Assembly: GCF_001194135.2 (NCBI RefSeq)
Contig: NC_068986.1
Coordinates: 37,215,882 to 37,279,715, forward strand
Reading direction: 5' to 3'
Length of the DNA stretch: 63,834 nucleotides
Origin: Octopus bimaculoides
Lineage: Eukaryota
Under the pieces are notes generated by a model. The model did not search any database. It saw only the letters and a program-made list of their open reading frames with translations, and was not told the DNA's origin. Shown here one piece after another: positions 62,011 through 63,834 of this stretch; the first letter of the stretch is position 1, and the number at the start of each line of letters is the position of its first letter. The position numbers and the translations under genes are program-made.

Positions 62011-62964
62011 GGTGGTGATAGTCGTTGGTTATTTGATGCGCTCTCTACTATCTCGTCGAACCTTTTGGCTTGGCCTTCGACTTGGAGTGATCCTTTTTGT
62101 GTGTATATATATGAATATATTTTTAATTCTCTCCGTCCCGGTAACAGCTTCTTGCGATGGATTCCATGTTGAAGTTTAAAGTCAACAACCGATCAAAGCC
62201 GTCAGTTTCTTAATGAAAAACAGAAAAAAATTTTTAAAAACGGACCCCGGAAAACAAAGGAAAATATTTCAATTGATGCTAAATGAAAATCAAGACACTT
62301 ACCCTCAAAACTTCATGTTGAGAGAAATTACTTTTCTTTTTATTACTCTAAAAGCATTGAAAAGGTAAATTAGTAGCGCAACTAACAAACTTCTAACAAC
62401 AACAGCAACAGAAAGGCGAAAACAGCTCAGCAATGGAATCTCAACGCCGTAACTTGACCTGACAAATCTTCCCGAAACCACTCCTTATTGTTTAAAAGTA
62501 AAGAATATATTAGTTTCTGTAATCCCAATTATACTTAAAAAGTACAAGACGGTCATGGTTAAGCATCGTTTGACCAAAGGTCAGCTCGGTCAAAGTTGAC
62601 TTGGGGATTAATAACATGAACAAGAACTAATACAACATATTAACATGACCGATGAAATGATATTACATGACGAAATAAAGTTAACAACAACAGCAACTAC
62701 TAAAACTACTACTAAATATTAACAAAACAAAATGAAATTACAATAGCAACATGACATGGCTGAGGTTAATAACAACAACAACAACAGCAACAACAACACG
62801 GATAATGGCGATGATGATCACATATAAATCATGTTTTCATTTGACACGTTCTAGAATTTCGCAACCTAATCAAGAAACCCAACTGAAATCTTAAATCGAA
62901 CATCTGACAGTAAATGTCTCTTCAGCTACAAATATCACCTTACCTCACGACAGAACAAATAGCC

Positions 62965-63012
62965 ATGCGCGAGTACACACACACACACACGCACAAGCGC
63001 GCGGGAACGCAT

Positions 63013-63060
<48 letters not shown>

Positions 63061-63500
63061 ATATACACACTTACGCACATGCGAGCGTACATTGATACAA
63101 GCAATCACCACCATCTTGCACACTCACGCATACACGCGCATACATACAAATACACATATACACATACAGACACACGCACACACACACACACACACGTACA
63201 CAAGTACACGTAGAGATAGTATTGACAGACTCACACACACGCACACGCACACACACTCAGAAATACACAACAAACAAAACAAATACTCATTCACTTAAAG
63301 ATACATAAAGATAGGCACACACACACACACACACACACACAGATGCACAATACAAACACACATACACTTAAAAATAAATAAAGGCAGGCACACACACAAC
63401 GCACACACATACACGCACACACAGGTACATAACACACAAACAAATACACATACACTTAAAGATATATAAAGACACACACACACACACACACGTCTGTACG
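62965..63500. repeat. CA-rich compound microsatellite field
   Basis: Multiple (CA)n runs; source of the His/Thr and Cys/Val ORFs. Confidence 0.9.
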
Positions 63501-63834
63501 TACTTCCACACATGCGCGCCAATATAAAAACTCATAAAACTGGATATATCAGTTGGGGAAAGACCATCGGGTGAAATACGGAGCTGTCACGTAGACAATC
63601 AAATTTCTATTATTTATGTTTTTGATTTTTCTTTTATTTTTTTAAAGACTCCGTTTCCTTCTTTCTTTTTTCTTTTTGTCGTCTTATCAACTTTAGAGCG
63701 ATTTTTTTATGGTACAAACGAATGTCGTTTCTTTTTCTGTTTATTTTTTTATTTTTAAAAAATTTTATTGTATTATTTTATTTTCTTTCAAATTTAAACA
63801 AATTGTTTATAGGTTGACCCGACCGTGCAGTGAT

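Noticed and set aside
62914-63522. His/Thr- and Cys/Val-repeat ORFs
   Set aside because: They are translations of (CA)n/(TG)n microsatellites.

Overview
AT-rich, repeat-dense eukaryotic draft-assembly window with 11 N-gaps. The recurring tRNA-derived SINE families and heavy (CA)n/(TA)n/(GA)n microsatellite load look like coleoid cephalopod (Octopus-like) DNA; this is pattern recognition, not a database result. No complete protein-coding gene is visible. Almost all listed ORFs are microsatellite or N-gap artefacts. The window holds many SINE copies (called A, B, C here), an unclassified dispersed repeat (D), and Tc1/mariner and hAT MITEs. Main findings: (1) a 405-bp foldback element with 75-bp TIRs, a perfect 10-bp TSD and head-to-head (TTAGGG)n/(CCCTAA)n tracts at 41121-41525; (2) a decayed Merlin/IS1016-type transposase split by a SINE at 22768-23810, plus a GGATCTT-ended MITE family with an 8-bp TSD; (3) an inverted pair of minimal hammerhead-ribozyme motifs at 33578-33820; (4) a candidate signal-peptide first coding exon at 61392-61464, too short for the ORF track, possibly paired with a CpG/hairpin-rich 5' region at 53.1-53.6 kb; (5) a ~115-bp GC-rich insert inside a SINE at 31383-31497. 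All homology calls are by eye.
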